DNA of 63,552 bases, filler included. It is 7 parts of 7 records of this genome, joined end to end, with 100 filler letters (N's around TTAATTAATTAA, not from the genome) between each part and the next. Parts side by side here need not be neighbours in the genome. Positions count along the whole stretch, not along the records: positions 27,389 to 37,764 come from DRR723986_16520; positions 37,865 to 47,550 come from DRR723986_16525; 5 more parts are not named here. One strand, 5' to 3'. How positions within the stretch are numbered: the first letter of the stretch is position 1; each line of letters opens with the position of its first letter. The notes under the pieces are model-generated. The model searched no databases and was not told where the DNA came from. It was given only the letters and a program-made list of their open reading frames with translations. Below, piece by piece: positions 30,102 through 39,186 of the stretch. The translations under genes and the position numbers were made by a program.

Positions 30102-31634
30102 GTGTTCTCTGAAATAAGGCTATTCGTACTTTTTGTGCCCATGAGTATTCTTCTTACGGGTGTCATCGCTAGCTTAGTGGACCCTTCCAGTTTTCTGATC
30201 TCTGTTACAGCGGCCAATAACTGGATTTTGGCCAATTTTTCAGATGCTTTCAATTGGGGCAGCTTTGCTTTTGTTATAACTTTAGCCTGGGTGTGGTTTT
30301 CTAAGTTGGGTACGGTCAAAATAGGCGGGGCAAAAGCCTTGCCGATGCTGTCGTTGTGGAACTGGTTTGCCATCACGCTTTGCACTACCATTGCAATTGG
30401 CATTTTATTTTGGGCAACAGCAGAGCCGCTTTACCACTTTTATCAGCCGCCAAACATATTGGGCCTCCAAGCGGGGTCAAGCGAGGCCAGACGCTTTGCC
30501 ATGTCTTCTTTATTCATGCATTGGTCGGTAACGCCTTATGCAATATATACAGTACCCAGCCTTGCGTTTGCTTTGGCCTTCTACAATCTTAAAAAAAGCT
30601 ATTCTCTGTCTGGACCTATATCGACCGTTTTTGGCTTGGCTGAGAAGAACAGCGCTAAAGATGTCATTGATGCAATTGCTTTGTTTTCCCTTGTGGCAGG
30701 CGTATCCGCCAGTTTGGGTATTGGTATTCTTTCTATTTCTAGCGGACTAGCACCCTTTTTGGGTGTGTCTAGTAACGGTGTGCTTTTAGCTATTGTATCT
30801 GGCGCAATCGTTGCCGCCTTCATGATTTCGTCGCTGTCTGGTCTTATGCGCGGTATTCGCGTGTTATCTGATTGGAATGTGCGTTTCTTTTTCGCGCTTT
30901 GTATGATTCTTGTTTTGGCTGGGCCAACTAGGGAAATTGCTGTGTATGGTTTGCAGGGGCTTGTTGACTACGCGAAAGAGTTTTTGCCCCGTTCTGTCGG
31001 CGCAGGGGCTACCGCCGACAAAGTATGGTCCGGATCCTGGACCACTTTTTACTGGGCGAACTGGCTTGCATGGGCGCCGGTTACAGCCATGTTTCTCGGG
31101 CGAATCGCGCGGGGCTATACTGTTAGGCAGTTCATTCTGTTTAACCTGATTTTGCCGTCCACATTTGCCATTGTGTGGATGTCTATTTTTGGAGCCAGCG
31201 CGATTGAAATTGATAGTGCAGGTGGTGGCCTTTACGCTGTACTTCAGCGGGATGGCCCTGAAGCGGTAGTGTATCAGCTGTTTGATAATCTGCCGCTGTC
31301 AGCCTTTTGGTCTGCCGGGTTCATTTTGTTATCTTTCATATGTTTTGTTACGGCAGCTGACAGCAACACAGAGGCAATTGCTGGCATTTGTCATAAAACT
31401 ACAGGTCATCCATCTGTTGTTGAAGAAGACCGCAACCCCGCTACTTTTCGACTGAAAGTAATATGGGCAAGCCTTATTGGCTTCACCGCATGGATAATGG
31501 TTACCTTTTCCGGGGTAGACGGAGTTAGAATGTTGTCAAATTTGGGTGGGTTGCCAGCCTTGTTAATCGTGCTTACGTTGAACTTCTCCCTCATTCGCAT
31601 GGGGACAAAGTATTTTGATCAGGTGAATACCTAG
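30102..31634 (+). CDS. BCCT-family transporter (atypical motifs)
   Basis: About 12 TM helices, AEPL.H, MHW, WTTFYWANWLAWAP..FLGRIARG, FVTAADS; GTG start at 30102 behind AGGT. Confidence 0.88.
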   Translation: MFSEIRLFVLFVPMSILLTGVIASLVDPSSFLISVTAANNWILANFSDAFNWGSFAFVITLAWVWFSKLGTVKIGGAKALPMLSLWNWFAITLCTTIAIGILFWATAEPLYHFYQPPNILGLQAGSSEARRFAMSSLFMHWSVTPYAIYTVPSLAFALAFYNLKKSYSLSGPISTVFGLAEKNSAKDVIDAIALFSLVAGVSASLGIGILSISSGLAPFLGVSSNGVLLAIVSGAIVAAFMISSLSGLMRGIRVLSDWNVRFFFALCMILVLAGPTREIAVYGLQGLVDYAKEFLPRSVGAGATADKVWSGSWTTFYWANWLAWAPVTAMFLGRIARGYTVRQFILFNLILPSTFAIVWMSIFGASAIEIDSAGGGLYAVLQRDGPEAVVYQLFDNLPLSAFWSAGFILLSFICFVTAADSNTEAIAGICHKTTGHPSVVEEDRNPATFRLKVIWASLIGFTAWIMVTFSGVDGVRMLSNLGGLPALLIVLTLNFSLIRMGTKYFDQVNT

Positions 31635-31766
31635 CGCCGACACAGCGCTGATGCGCACACTATAGAGCAGGGCAGCATTACCGTTATTGTGGTTATGCAA
31701 TATACGATGTTGCTCTTCCTTCTATTTATCCCATTGAAAATAAATGATTAAAAATAAAGTGAGCGC

Positions 31767-31788
31767 TTAGTATGCGCTTTCTAATTTT
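31767..31788. promoter_or_regulatory. Candidate TetR (PhaD) operator, copy 1
   Basis: TTAGTATGCGCTTTCTAATTTT; the first 18 nt form an imperfect palindrome (14/18); exact copy at 32166. Confidence 0.6.
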
Positions 31789-31904
31789 CATCTGTAATGT
31801 CTGGTTCATGGTTAAAGAGCCACCGGCGAACCGGCTTCATCAAAGCCTCTAGAAAATCAGCCCGGTGGTTAAATTGAAATAGTAAAACAAAGAAGGAAAA
31901 TAAT

Positions 31905-32129
31905 ATGTCTATCTTGGAAAACATTCAAAATTCACCTGCAGTTCGTAACTACCGTCAGGGCTACCTGGTATGGCTCGGTGCCCACAAAGCTGCTTTCGAG
32001 CTTGCGCAAGGCGGCATTGAGAAAATGATGAACAGCCGCGAAGAATTGGTTGAAGAACTGGTTCAAAAAGGCGCTGCAGTTGAAGAAACAGTTCAGAGCA
32101 ACGTAAACGGCTTTTTTGGTCGCACTTAA
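31905..32129 (+). CDS. Short phasin-like protein (74 aa)
   Basis: AAGGAAA RBS, double TAA stop; paralogue of the next gene's N-terminus (YRQG.L.WLGAHK.AF, NSREELVEELVQKG). Confidence 0.75.
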   Translation: MSILENIQNSPAVRNYRQGYLVWLGAHKAAFELAQGGIEKMMNSREELVEELVQKGAAVEETVQSNVNGFFGRT

Positions 32130-32165
32130 TAATACGTCGCTCTCTATGGGAGGAAAGTTTCGCGA

Positions 32166-32187
32166 TTAGTATGCGCTTTCTAATTTT
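32166..32187. promoter_or_regulatory. Candidate TetR (PhaD) operator, copy 2
   Basis: Identical 22-nt TTAGTATGCGCTTTCTAATTTT. Confidence 0.6.
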
Positions 32188-32312
32188 TCTCTCTACATTC
32201 GAATTCAAGGTTAACGAGCAAGCGGTGCTCCCCCAAAAAGACTAAACGAGAAATCGTTACCGCAAACTCAAAATTGCGCCGCAAAAGCGGCAAGAATTGA
32301 AAGGTAATTATT

Positions 32313-32885
32313 ATGACTATGATGACAAACATTCAAAACTCACAAGTTGTTCGCGCTTACCGTCAGGGTTGGCTTGCATGGCTCGGTGCCCACAAAACTG
32401 CTTTTGATTACGCTCAGGACGGGGTTAGCAAGCTGGTAAACAGCCGTGAAGAACTTGTTGAAGAACTTGTTCAAAAAGGTGAAGAAGTTGAAGGCATGGC
32501 GCAGGGTAACATCGACAAAGTTCGTGGTTACGTAGAACCTCGCATCAACGAAGCAACTGCTCGCTTCAATGATGTAAGTGAAAAAGTGGCTGACGTACGC
32601 AACAAAGTAGTTGCTCGTGTATCACCAGAGTCAGCTGACCGCGTTGAAGAGCTATCAACTGAAGTTGCAAAGCTTGCAAAATCAGTGACTGCGCTAAGCC
32701 GCAAAGTGAACACTGTTGCTAAGCCTGCTGCGAAAAAAGCTACCGCTAAGAAGCCAGTTGCTAAAAAAGCTACAGCTAAAAAACCAGTAGCAAAAAAAGC
32801 TGCTCCTAAGACTGCTGCAAAAGCTGCTCCTAAGGCAACACCAGCGACTGAAGCACCTAAGGCTTCTGAAGCTAAAGCGGCATAA
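32313..32885 (+). CDS. PhaF-like phasin with Ala/Lys/Pro-rich (histone H1-like) tail
   Basis: WLAWLGA..ELVQKGE phasin pattern, coiled coil, AKKATAKKPV repeats; directly upstream of phaC. Confidence 0.8.
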   Translation: MTMMTNIQNSQVVRAYRQGWLAWLGAHKTAFDYAQDGVSKLVNSREELVEELVQKGEEVEGMAQGNIDKVRGYVEPRINEATARFNDVSEKVADVRNKVVARVSPESADRVEELSTEVAKLAKSVTALSRKVNTVAKPAAKKATAKKPVAKKATAKKPVAKKAAPKTAAKAAPKATPATEAPKASEAKAA

Positions 32886-32890
32886 AGAAT

Positions 32891-33017
32891 TATTAGTCCT
32901 TCGGGTCTAATACGGCTGACAGGTCTGGTCCCTCCCCTTCCCCCCTTGAGTCGGGCCTGTCAGCCATTATAAAAAACGATAGTTTTTCTCAGCGACTTCG
33001 GTCGCTTTGTTTTTTTT
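32891..33017 (+). ncRNA. Candidate structured 3'-UTR/sRNA with C-rich loop and terminator
   Basis: cUUCGg hairpin 32891-32912; GGCTGACAGG...CCTGTCAGCC stem around CCCTCCCCTTCCCCC; terminator AGCGAC-TTCG-GTCGCT plus U-tract. Confidence 0.35.
32991..33017 (+). terminator. Intrinsic terminator downstream of the phasin genes
   Basis: AGCGAC-TTCG-GTCGCT-TTGTTTTTTTT. Confidence 0.8.
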
Positions 33018-33134
33018 GAATTGATTTTTCTGGCGCTTCGCTGCGAATTTCTTCACAATGAATGCAATATTCATCACGTCGCTGTCTGACCAGAAGGGGC
33101 GGGCGGAATGTAGGATTTGATTTAGGGGGTTAAT

Positions 33135-34817
33135 ATGCCGCGTTCAAAAAAGTCCATCGGTGATAGAGCCGCAGAAGCCACTACGGCATTTAGCCCTATC
33201 GTAGGTGTACATCGGTCTGAATTGGTTAAGTCTCTTGGTGTGGTGATAAAACAGGCAGCCTTGAACCCGGCAACCTTTGGTCAGCATTTCTTGAACTACG
33301 GTAAGGACATGGTTGATATTGTCAAAGGTGATTCTGAATACGCGCCGCATGCCAAAGATCGCAGGTTTCAAGACAAGGCTTGGGCCTTTAATCCTATATA
33401 CCGTAGAGGTATGCAGTCATGGATGGCGATGAAGGACAACCTTAATAACTGGCTTCAAGATACAGAAATTGACGAGCTAGACCGTGCCCGCGCGCATTTC
33501 ATTCTTGAAGTTGTGACTGACACGTTGGCCCCAACAAACACCCTGATTGGTAACCCGGCCGCAATGAAACGCCTGTATGAAACAGGCGGTATGTCGATTA
33601 TTGCCGGGCTGAAAAACGCATACGATGATATGGTAAATGGAATCGGCATTCCTTCACAGGTAGACTCTCGGCCCTTCAAAGTGGGTGAAAACTTGGCGAC
33701 AACACCCGGCTCGGTCGTGTTTCGCAATGAAGTTTTAGAGGTTATTCAATATACCCCTACGACTGACAATGTGCATGAAATACCGTTAATGGTGATCCCG
33801 CCACAAATTAACAAGTTTTATGCTTCTGACCTTACCCCCGACAAAAGCTTGTTTAGGTTTTTGCTTTCGCAGGGCATTCAGCTGTTCGCTGTTAGTTGGC
33901 GTAATCCTGGTGTAGAACAAGCGCATTGGCACTTGGAAACATACATCGATGCCGTTATTGAAGGCATGGATGCGGTTATGAAAATTACCCGATCAAAGAA
34001 AGTGAATGTGTCCGGTGCCTGTTCGGGTGGAATAACGGTGGCAACACTGTTAAGTCATTTGGCAGCTATGGGCGATGACCGTGTTAATTGTTCCACCTTC
34101 CAAGTGTGCGTGCTTGACCCGCGTCAGGAAGACAGTGAAGTTGGCGCCTTGGTTTCTGAGGAAACTTTGGAGCTTGCCCGGGCGCGTTCGGCTCAAAAAG
34201 GCATTTTATCCGGTGATGATCTGTCAAAGACGTTCGCATGGATGCGGCCCAATGACTTGATCTGGAATTATGTGGTTAACAATTACCTTTTAGGTGATGC
34301 GCCGCCAGCTTTTGATATTTTATTCTGGAACAATGACACCACAAACCTGCCTGCAGGCCTTCACTCAGATTTTCTGGATAGCTACATGACCGCACCATTT
34401 GCGAACCCCGGTACGGTAGACTTTAAAGATCACAAGCTTGATTTGAGTAAGGTTGACCATGACAGCTTTATTGTAGCTGGTGTCACGGATCATATTACGC
34501 CTTGGCGTGCCTGTTACCGCACGACCAAGCTTCTTGGCGGTACTAATGAGTTCATAGTATCCAACAGCGGACACATTCAATCTCTTTTGAATCCACCCGG
34601 TAATCCGAAAGCGAAGTTTTTCTACAATCCTGCCAGCATCGATGGCAGCGCTGACGATTGGATGGCTGCAGCAGAGCTGAGGGACGGCTCATGGTGGACA
34701 CCGTGGGCAGGGTGGCTGAAAACTAGGTCAGGCAAGGAGAAGCCCGCACCTAACCGCATGGGGAACACAAAATATAAGCCGTTGGCTGACGCGCCGGGCG
34801 AGTATGTATTTGGATAA
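33135..34817 (+). CDS. phaC: Polyhydroxyalkanoate synthase, class II (Pseudomonas mcl-type)-like
   Basis: 560 aa; PPQINKFY, catalytic GACSGG, WMRPNDLIWNY, DHITPW and SGHIQS, matching class II rather than class I (GYCxGG) signatures. Confidence 0.92.
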   Translation: MPRSKKSIGDRAAEATTAFSPIVGVHRSELVKSLGVVIKQAALNPATFGQHFLNYGKDMVDIVKGDSEYAPHAKDRRFQDKAWAFNPIYRRGMQSWMAMKDNLNNWLQDTEIDELDRARAHFILEVVTDTLAPTNTLIGNPAAMKRLYETGGMSIIAGLKNAYDDMVNGIGIPSQVDSRPFKVGENLATTPGSVVFRNEVLEVIQYTPTTDNVHEIPLMVIPPQINKFYASDLTPDKSLFRFLLSQGIQLFAVSWRNPGVEQAHWHLETYIDAVIEGMDAVMKITRSKKVNVSGACSGGITVATLLSHLAAMGDDRVNCSTFQVCVLDPRQEDSEVGALVSEETLELARARSAQKGILSGDDLSKTFAWMRPNDLIWNYVVNNYLLGDAPPAFDILFWNNDTTNLPAGLHSDFLDSYMTAPFANPGTVDFKDHKLDLSKVDHDSFIVAGVTDHITPWRACYRTTKLLGGTNEFIVSNSGHIQSLLNPPGNPKAKFFYNPASIDGSADDWMAAAELRDGSWWTPWAGWLKTRSGKEKPAPNRMGNTKYKPLADAPGEYVFG

Positions 34818-34930
34818 AACGACCCGTCTCGTATGTTGAGGCGGGATAGATCATTGTCAGAGTGTGGGGCTCAGCGACATATATATAGGATGCGCGATGC
34901 GTATCTTAACGCTTTTGGGAGAGAGCACGA

Positions 34931-35773
34931 ATGGCGACTATTCAGCCTGAAGTCCAACTGATTGATGTTGGCGGGCAAAAGCTGCGTACAGCAGTATGGC
35001 GCGGTAAGGGCACGGCACGGCCCTTATTATTTTTCAATGGTATCGGCGCAAATTTGGAAATGGTAGCCCCGCTCGGTGAGGCCATGGGTGACAGGTCTGA
35101 TGTTATTGTTTTTGATATGCCGGGAACTGGCGGCTCCCCAGCGGCAACGATACCTTACCGTCCCGGTAAAATTGGTAAGTGGGCTATCAGCATCATTGAT
35201 CAATTGGGATACGGCGACGTTGATGTGATGGGTGTATCATGGGGTGGGGCAGTAGCGCAGCAATTTGCACGTGATTACCCGGATCGGGTTAAGTCTTTGG
35301 TCCTGCTGGCCACCAGTGCTGGCATGGTGATGGTGCCGGGCAATGTAAGTGCCCTTAGTAAAATGGCGAACCCCAAACGGTATGTTGATCCGGACTATAT
35401 GCTCAAGAATTTCGAGACACTGTACGGGGACGCAGCGGACCAAACGGCTGTAAAGCATAAGAACAGAATTAAAGCGCCGTCGAAACGAGGCTATGCCTAT
35501 CAGCTTCTGGCCATGATGGGCTGGACCAGCATTTATTTTCTACCGTTTTTGAAGCAGCCGACGCTGATAATGTCAGGGGACCGAGATAATATTGTTCCGC
35601 TGGCCAATGCCAGAATATTAAAGGCGGCAATCCCGCGTTCGGATTTGAAGATTGTTAAAGGCGGCGGGCATTTGTTCGCTGTTTCGCGGGCTCATCAGGT
35701 TGTGCCTATCATTGCACGGTTTCTTGACGACCATGCAGACGATTGTATTGAAGGCGCTGCATACTCAACCTGA
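34931..35773 (+). CDS. phaZ: Intracellular poly(3-hydroxyalkanoate) depolymerase
   Basis: FNGIGANLE, FDMPGTGGSP, GVSWGG lipase box, MVPG, GWTSI, GHLF; directly after phaC. Confidence 0.9.
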   Translation: MATIQPEVQLIDVGGQKLRTAVWRGKGTARPLLFFNGIGANLEMVAPLGEAMGDRSDVIVFDMPGTGGSPAATIPYRPGKIGKWAISIIDQLGYGDVDVMGVSWGGAVAQQFARDYPDRVKSLVLLATSAGMVMVPGNVSALSKMANPKRYVDPDYMLKNFETLYGDAADQTAVKHKNRIKAPSKRGYAYQLLAMMGWTSIYFLPFLKQPTLIMSGDRDNIVPLANARILKAAIPRSDLKIVKGGGHLFAVSRAHQVVPIIARFLDDHADDCIEGAAYST

Positions 35774-35810
35774 ACCCTGTGTCGTTTAATCCTGAAAAAA
35801 GGAACATGAT

Positions 35811-36263
35811 ATGAGTGATAAATCGAAAAAAGATATGGATATTGCCCGAAAGATTTGGTTGGCAGGTATTGGTGCATATGGTCGTGCAGTTGATGATGCC
35901 ACAGAGGCTTACACAAAGGTTGGCAAAGAGACGACAAAGATCTTTGAGGACTTGGTAGGTAAGGGCGCTGAACTCGAAGGAACAGTTGCTACCGTTGCCA
36001 AAAGTGTTGTGCCGGAAATGGCCCAAAAGCAACGTGCTCAGGTAGAGGATCGTATGGAGCGCATGAAAGCGGCTCTTGGTTTGGGAGAAGTGGCGGCAGA
36101 CCAGCAAGAGCACATCGAAAACATCGAAGCGCGGTTGGATGCGATCGAAGAAAAGATTGACGCAATTCTAGCGGCTGTTTCCAAGCCTAAAGCAGCTGCG
36201 CGCGGCGCAAAAAGACCAGCAGCAAAAAAGCCTGCTGCTAAGAGGTCCTCTACAAAAAAATAA
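35811..36263 (+). CDS. Phasin-family (PhaI/PhaF-like) granule protein
   Basis: ARKIWLAGIGAY..FEDLVGKG phasin motif, coiled coil, short AKP tail. Confidence 0.82.
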   Translation: MSDKSKKDMDIARKIWLAGIGAYGRAVDDATEAYTKVGKETTKIFEDLVGKGAELEGTVATVAKSVVPEMAQKQRAQVEDRMERMKAALGLGEVAADQQEHIENIEARLDAIEEKIDAILAAVSKPKAAARGAKRPAAKKPAAKRSSTKK

Positions 36264-36314
36264 TACAAGGTAAGGAGTTAACCGCATCTCGTAAAAGCTA
36301 TGCGGGCCTTTGAA

Positions 36315-36956
36315 ATGAAAACCAAAGACAGGATATTGCAATATAGCCTTCAGCTCTTCAACGAGGAGGGTGAGCAGAATGTTACGCCGGTTGATATTGC
36401 CAATGTTCTAGAGATCAGCCCCGGCAATCTCTATTATCATTTTAAGGGTAAAGATCCGATAATCCATCAACTGTTCATGGATTTTGAGGAAGAATTTAAA
36501 ATGGTGCTAAGCGCGCCAATCGATAAACCACTCGAGCTTTCGGACAATTGGGTTTATTTCTATATTTTATTTGAAGAAATAGCGGATTTCAGGTTTTTCT
36601 ATCGTAATTTACAGTCGATTTTGGAACGCTATCCAGACCTTGAGGCGCGTTTTAGACGGCTAGTAAAGCTGAAAATAAAGGCTATGGCGTCCATTGTCGA
36701 AAATTTAAACGAAACTGGTTTTATTTCTATTTCTGAAACTGAGGCCAGCCAAATGGCAGAACGTTTTGCTTTGCAGCTTACTTATTGGCCAACATACCAA
36801 ACATTGCTCGATAGCGAAGTGTCTACGCCGGTATCAATTCATCGCGGTGTTTTCGGATTGATAAGCCAACTTACACCCTATGTTGTTCAGGGGTCTGAAG
36901 AATTTTTAGACCTTTTGGTCCAATTTCGGGACAAAATGCTCAAAAACAACGGCTGA
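36315..36956 (+). CDS. phaD: TetR-family regulator, PhaD-like
   Basis: MKTKDRILQYSLQLFNEEGEQNVT..IAN.LEISPGNLYYHF.GK closely follows the Pseudomonas PhaD N-terminus; inside the pha cluster. Confidence 0.78.
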   Translation: MKTKDRILQYSLQLFNEEGEQNVTPVDIANVLEISPGNLYYHFKGKDPIIHQLFMDFEEEFKMVLSAPIDKPLELSDNWVYFYILFEEIADFRFFYRNLQSILERYPDLEARFRRLVKLKIKAMASIVENLNETGFISISETEASQMAERFALQLTYWPTYQTLLDSEVSTPVSIHRGVFGLISQLTPYVVQGSEEFLDLLVQFRDKMLKNNG

Positions 36957-37085
36957 CTAGCCTTATGTCGCGTTGTTATTATCTCCCCTATATCCACTAT
37001 ATTTAGTATTTTTCGATATATTTTGCCAAATCTGCCTATTTAATAGGCATGTGGCGCTTTTTTAATGGTTTTCATCAAAGTTTGT

Positions 37086-37114
37086 TTGACGCCCTATGAG
37101 TCCACTGTCATTCT
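37086..37114 (+). promoter_or_regulatory. Putative sigma70 promoter of the hydrolase gene
   Basis: TTGACG-N17-CATTCT. Confidence 0.45.
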
Positions 37115-37169
37115 GTTACAGAAATGTGACCGGGGAGGGTCCATTGACAAAAATGGCTAGGAGAACTGA

Positions 37170-37764
37170 GTGTTGAATTTGTCTGGAAAGGTCAAAGCGC
37201 CTTCGCCGATTTTAATGATGTTGGAAGGTAGGGCTCTTCTCGAGTTGGGCGCCTATGCAGCATCTGCACCCCTATTTAAACGAATGCCCAGAGGGGATGG
37301 CCACCCGGTTCTTGTGCTTCCTGGTTTGGGCGGCGGCGATGGCTCTACGAAGCCCCTTCGTTCGTTTTTGGATGACCGTGGATATACGCCGTATGGCTGG
37401 AACCTGGGAAGGAACCTAGGCCTTCGGGAAAATACTCTACAAGGTATGCTGGACCGCATTGATGAAGTTTGGGATATGCACCAACAAAAAATGAGTATTG
37501 TTGGTTGGAGTCTCGGCGGGATATATGCTCGTGAATTGGCAAAAATGCGCCCTGAACAGGTTCGATCTGTCATAACTTTGGGCAGCCCGCACTCTGGCCA
37601 TCCCAAAAGTACAAATGCATGGCGTTTCTATCAATTTGTTGCAGGTCACTCTGTAGAAAACCCGCCAATCGAGACTAGAATGCACAAGGCGCCTCCTGTT
37701 CCGACCACGTCGATTTACACAAAGACCGACGGCGTTGTGGCTTGGCAAAATTGCCATCAGGAAA
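37170..37764 (+). CDS. Alpha/beta hydrolase (esterase/lipase), truncated
   Basis: GDGHPVLVLPG, GWSLGG nucleophile motif, TLGSP, DGVVAW. Confidence 0.88.
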
Positions 37765-37864
37765 NNNNNNNNNNNNNNNNNNNNNNNNNNNNNNNNNNNN
37801 NNNNNNNNTTAATTAATTAANNNNNNNNNNNNNNNNNNNNNNNNNNNNNNNNNNNNNNNNNNNN
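37765..37864. other. Artificial contig spacer
   Basis: 44 N + TTAATTAATTAA + 44 N. Confidence 0.99.
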
Positions 37865-37865
37865 G

Positions 37866-37898
37866 GTATTTGTATTTACCTTCTTCTATCTGGTTTAA
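37866..37898 (+). CDS. C-terminal tip of cytochrome c oxidase subunit III
   Basis: Reads VFVFTFFYLV*, the Bacteroidota COX3 ending, just upstream of subunit IV. Confidence 0.75.
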   Translation, partial: VFVFTFFYLV

Positions 37899-37924
37899 TT
37901 CATATTATTTAAAAAGACACTGTC

Positions 37925-38308
37925 ATGGTTAGAGACGATATTATAGAATATTCATTAGACGGACACCACTCGGAAGAGCAAGGTCAAAAGATTAGAAAGA
38001 AAATTTGGAAGGTAACTGCTTTACTTTCTATTGTAACAATCATTGAAGTGGCAATCGGATGGGTTTTACCTAGAGAGGCTGCTGGAGGATTAGAATCATG
38101 GGGATGGTTTGGAGTTGAAGTTATTTATATGGTACTTACCGTATTAAAAGCTGCTTATATCATCCTAGTATTTATGCACCTTGGAGATGAAAGAAAAGCC
38201 TTGAGAAGAATGATTCTTTGGCCTTATATCTTATTCATTTTATACCTAGTGTTTATCCTAGTTACTGAAGCTTACCATGTTGGTGATGCTTGGATGAATC
38301 TTCACTAA
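37925..38308 (+). CDS. Cytochrome c oxidase subunit IV family protein
   Basis: IWKVTALLSIVTIIEV, LTVLKAAYIILVFMHL. Confidence 0.88.
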   Translation: MVRDDIIEYSLDGHHSEEQGQKIRKKIWKVTALLSIVTIIEVAIGWVLPREAAGGLESWGWFGVEVIYMVLTVLKAAYIILVFMHLGDERKALRRMILWPYILFILYLVFILVTEAYHVGDAWMNLH

Positions 38309-38325
38309 ATCTAAATTAGATATAT

Positions 38326-39063
38326 ATGCCTGGATGGAAACGTGTACTAACGGTTCTACTAATTGTATTTGGTCCTGGCGCGATAATCTACTATTTAGCT
38401 AAAAACTTAACCAATAAGTTTATTACACTGCCCTATATTGGTACAACCTATCAATATGATGCAGACAGCTCTATTGTTGATTCAACAATACATGTTGTTC
38501 CTGATTTCGAATTGACAAGATTTGATGGGAGCAAAATCAACAGAGATTCTATCAACGGGAAATTCATTGTACTTACCGGAATACAGCAAACCTGCCCTGA
38601 GCTCGACTCCTGTGGTATGGCCATGTATTTGTTTGATGAAATTTTCTATAGTAAAATGGCTAAAAACCAAGGCAACTATGGCAATGTTAAAATCATCTCT
38701 GTATTAACCGATTTTGAAGGGAATCCAATAACTGAAGGACCTTGTGAAAAATTAATCGAAGAAGTAAAAGAATATGATGACAACATCTGGTGGATGACAT
38801 ATGGCGATCCTACTCCACTTTTCTCATTTGAGTATTATGGCAAGAACTTTATGGATCACGCCTCCGACAAAGCAACTGGTGAAATTGGCCCGAATGCATT
38901 TATCAATTCTTTGGTTTTGATTGATCAAGACGGTCATGTCAGAGGAGTATCTGGTGCTAAGAGAGATTCCGATATCCGAAATTTCTTTGACATGTTGAAA
39001 CTTTTAAAGAAAGAAGATTTTGACAAGCAACTCGAAGAAAAAAAACAAAAAGAAAACAGCTAA
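38326..39063 (+). CDS. Divergent SCO-like protein
   Basis: N-terminal TM, LP, VPDFEL, CPELDSC, LVLIDQDGHVRG; in the cox operon. Confidence 0.7.
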   Translation: MPGWKRVLTVLLIVFGPGAIIYYLAKNLTNKFITLPYIGTTYQYDADSSIVDSTIHVVPDFELTRFDGSKINRDSINGKFIVLTGIQQTCPELDSCGMAMYLFDEIFYSKMAKNQGNYGNVKIISVLTDFEGNPITEGPCEKLIEEVKEYDDNIWWMTYGDPTPLFSFEYYGKNFMDHASDKATGEIGPNAFINSLVLIDQDGHVRGVSGAKRDSDIRNFFDMLKLLKKEDFDKQLEEKKQKENS

Positions 39064-39186
39064 GTCTAGTAAATTCAAACTTTGATTGAGGTAAAGCTAA
39101 ACTTAATTGAATCCTCCCTTTTTAATACTGAATACTATCAAAATTAGGTATTTTTGCATCCTTTCGTAAACGTCACTAAGTAAACC

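Noticed and set aside
32720-32880. AAGCC/GCTAAAAAA tandem repeats as a DNA repeat array
   Set aside because: They are coding repeats of the phasin Ala/Lys/Pro tail.
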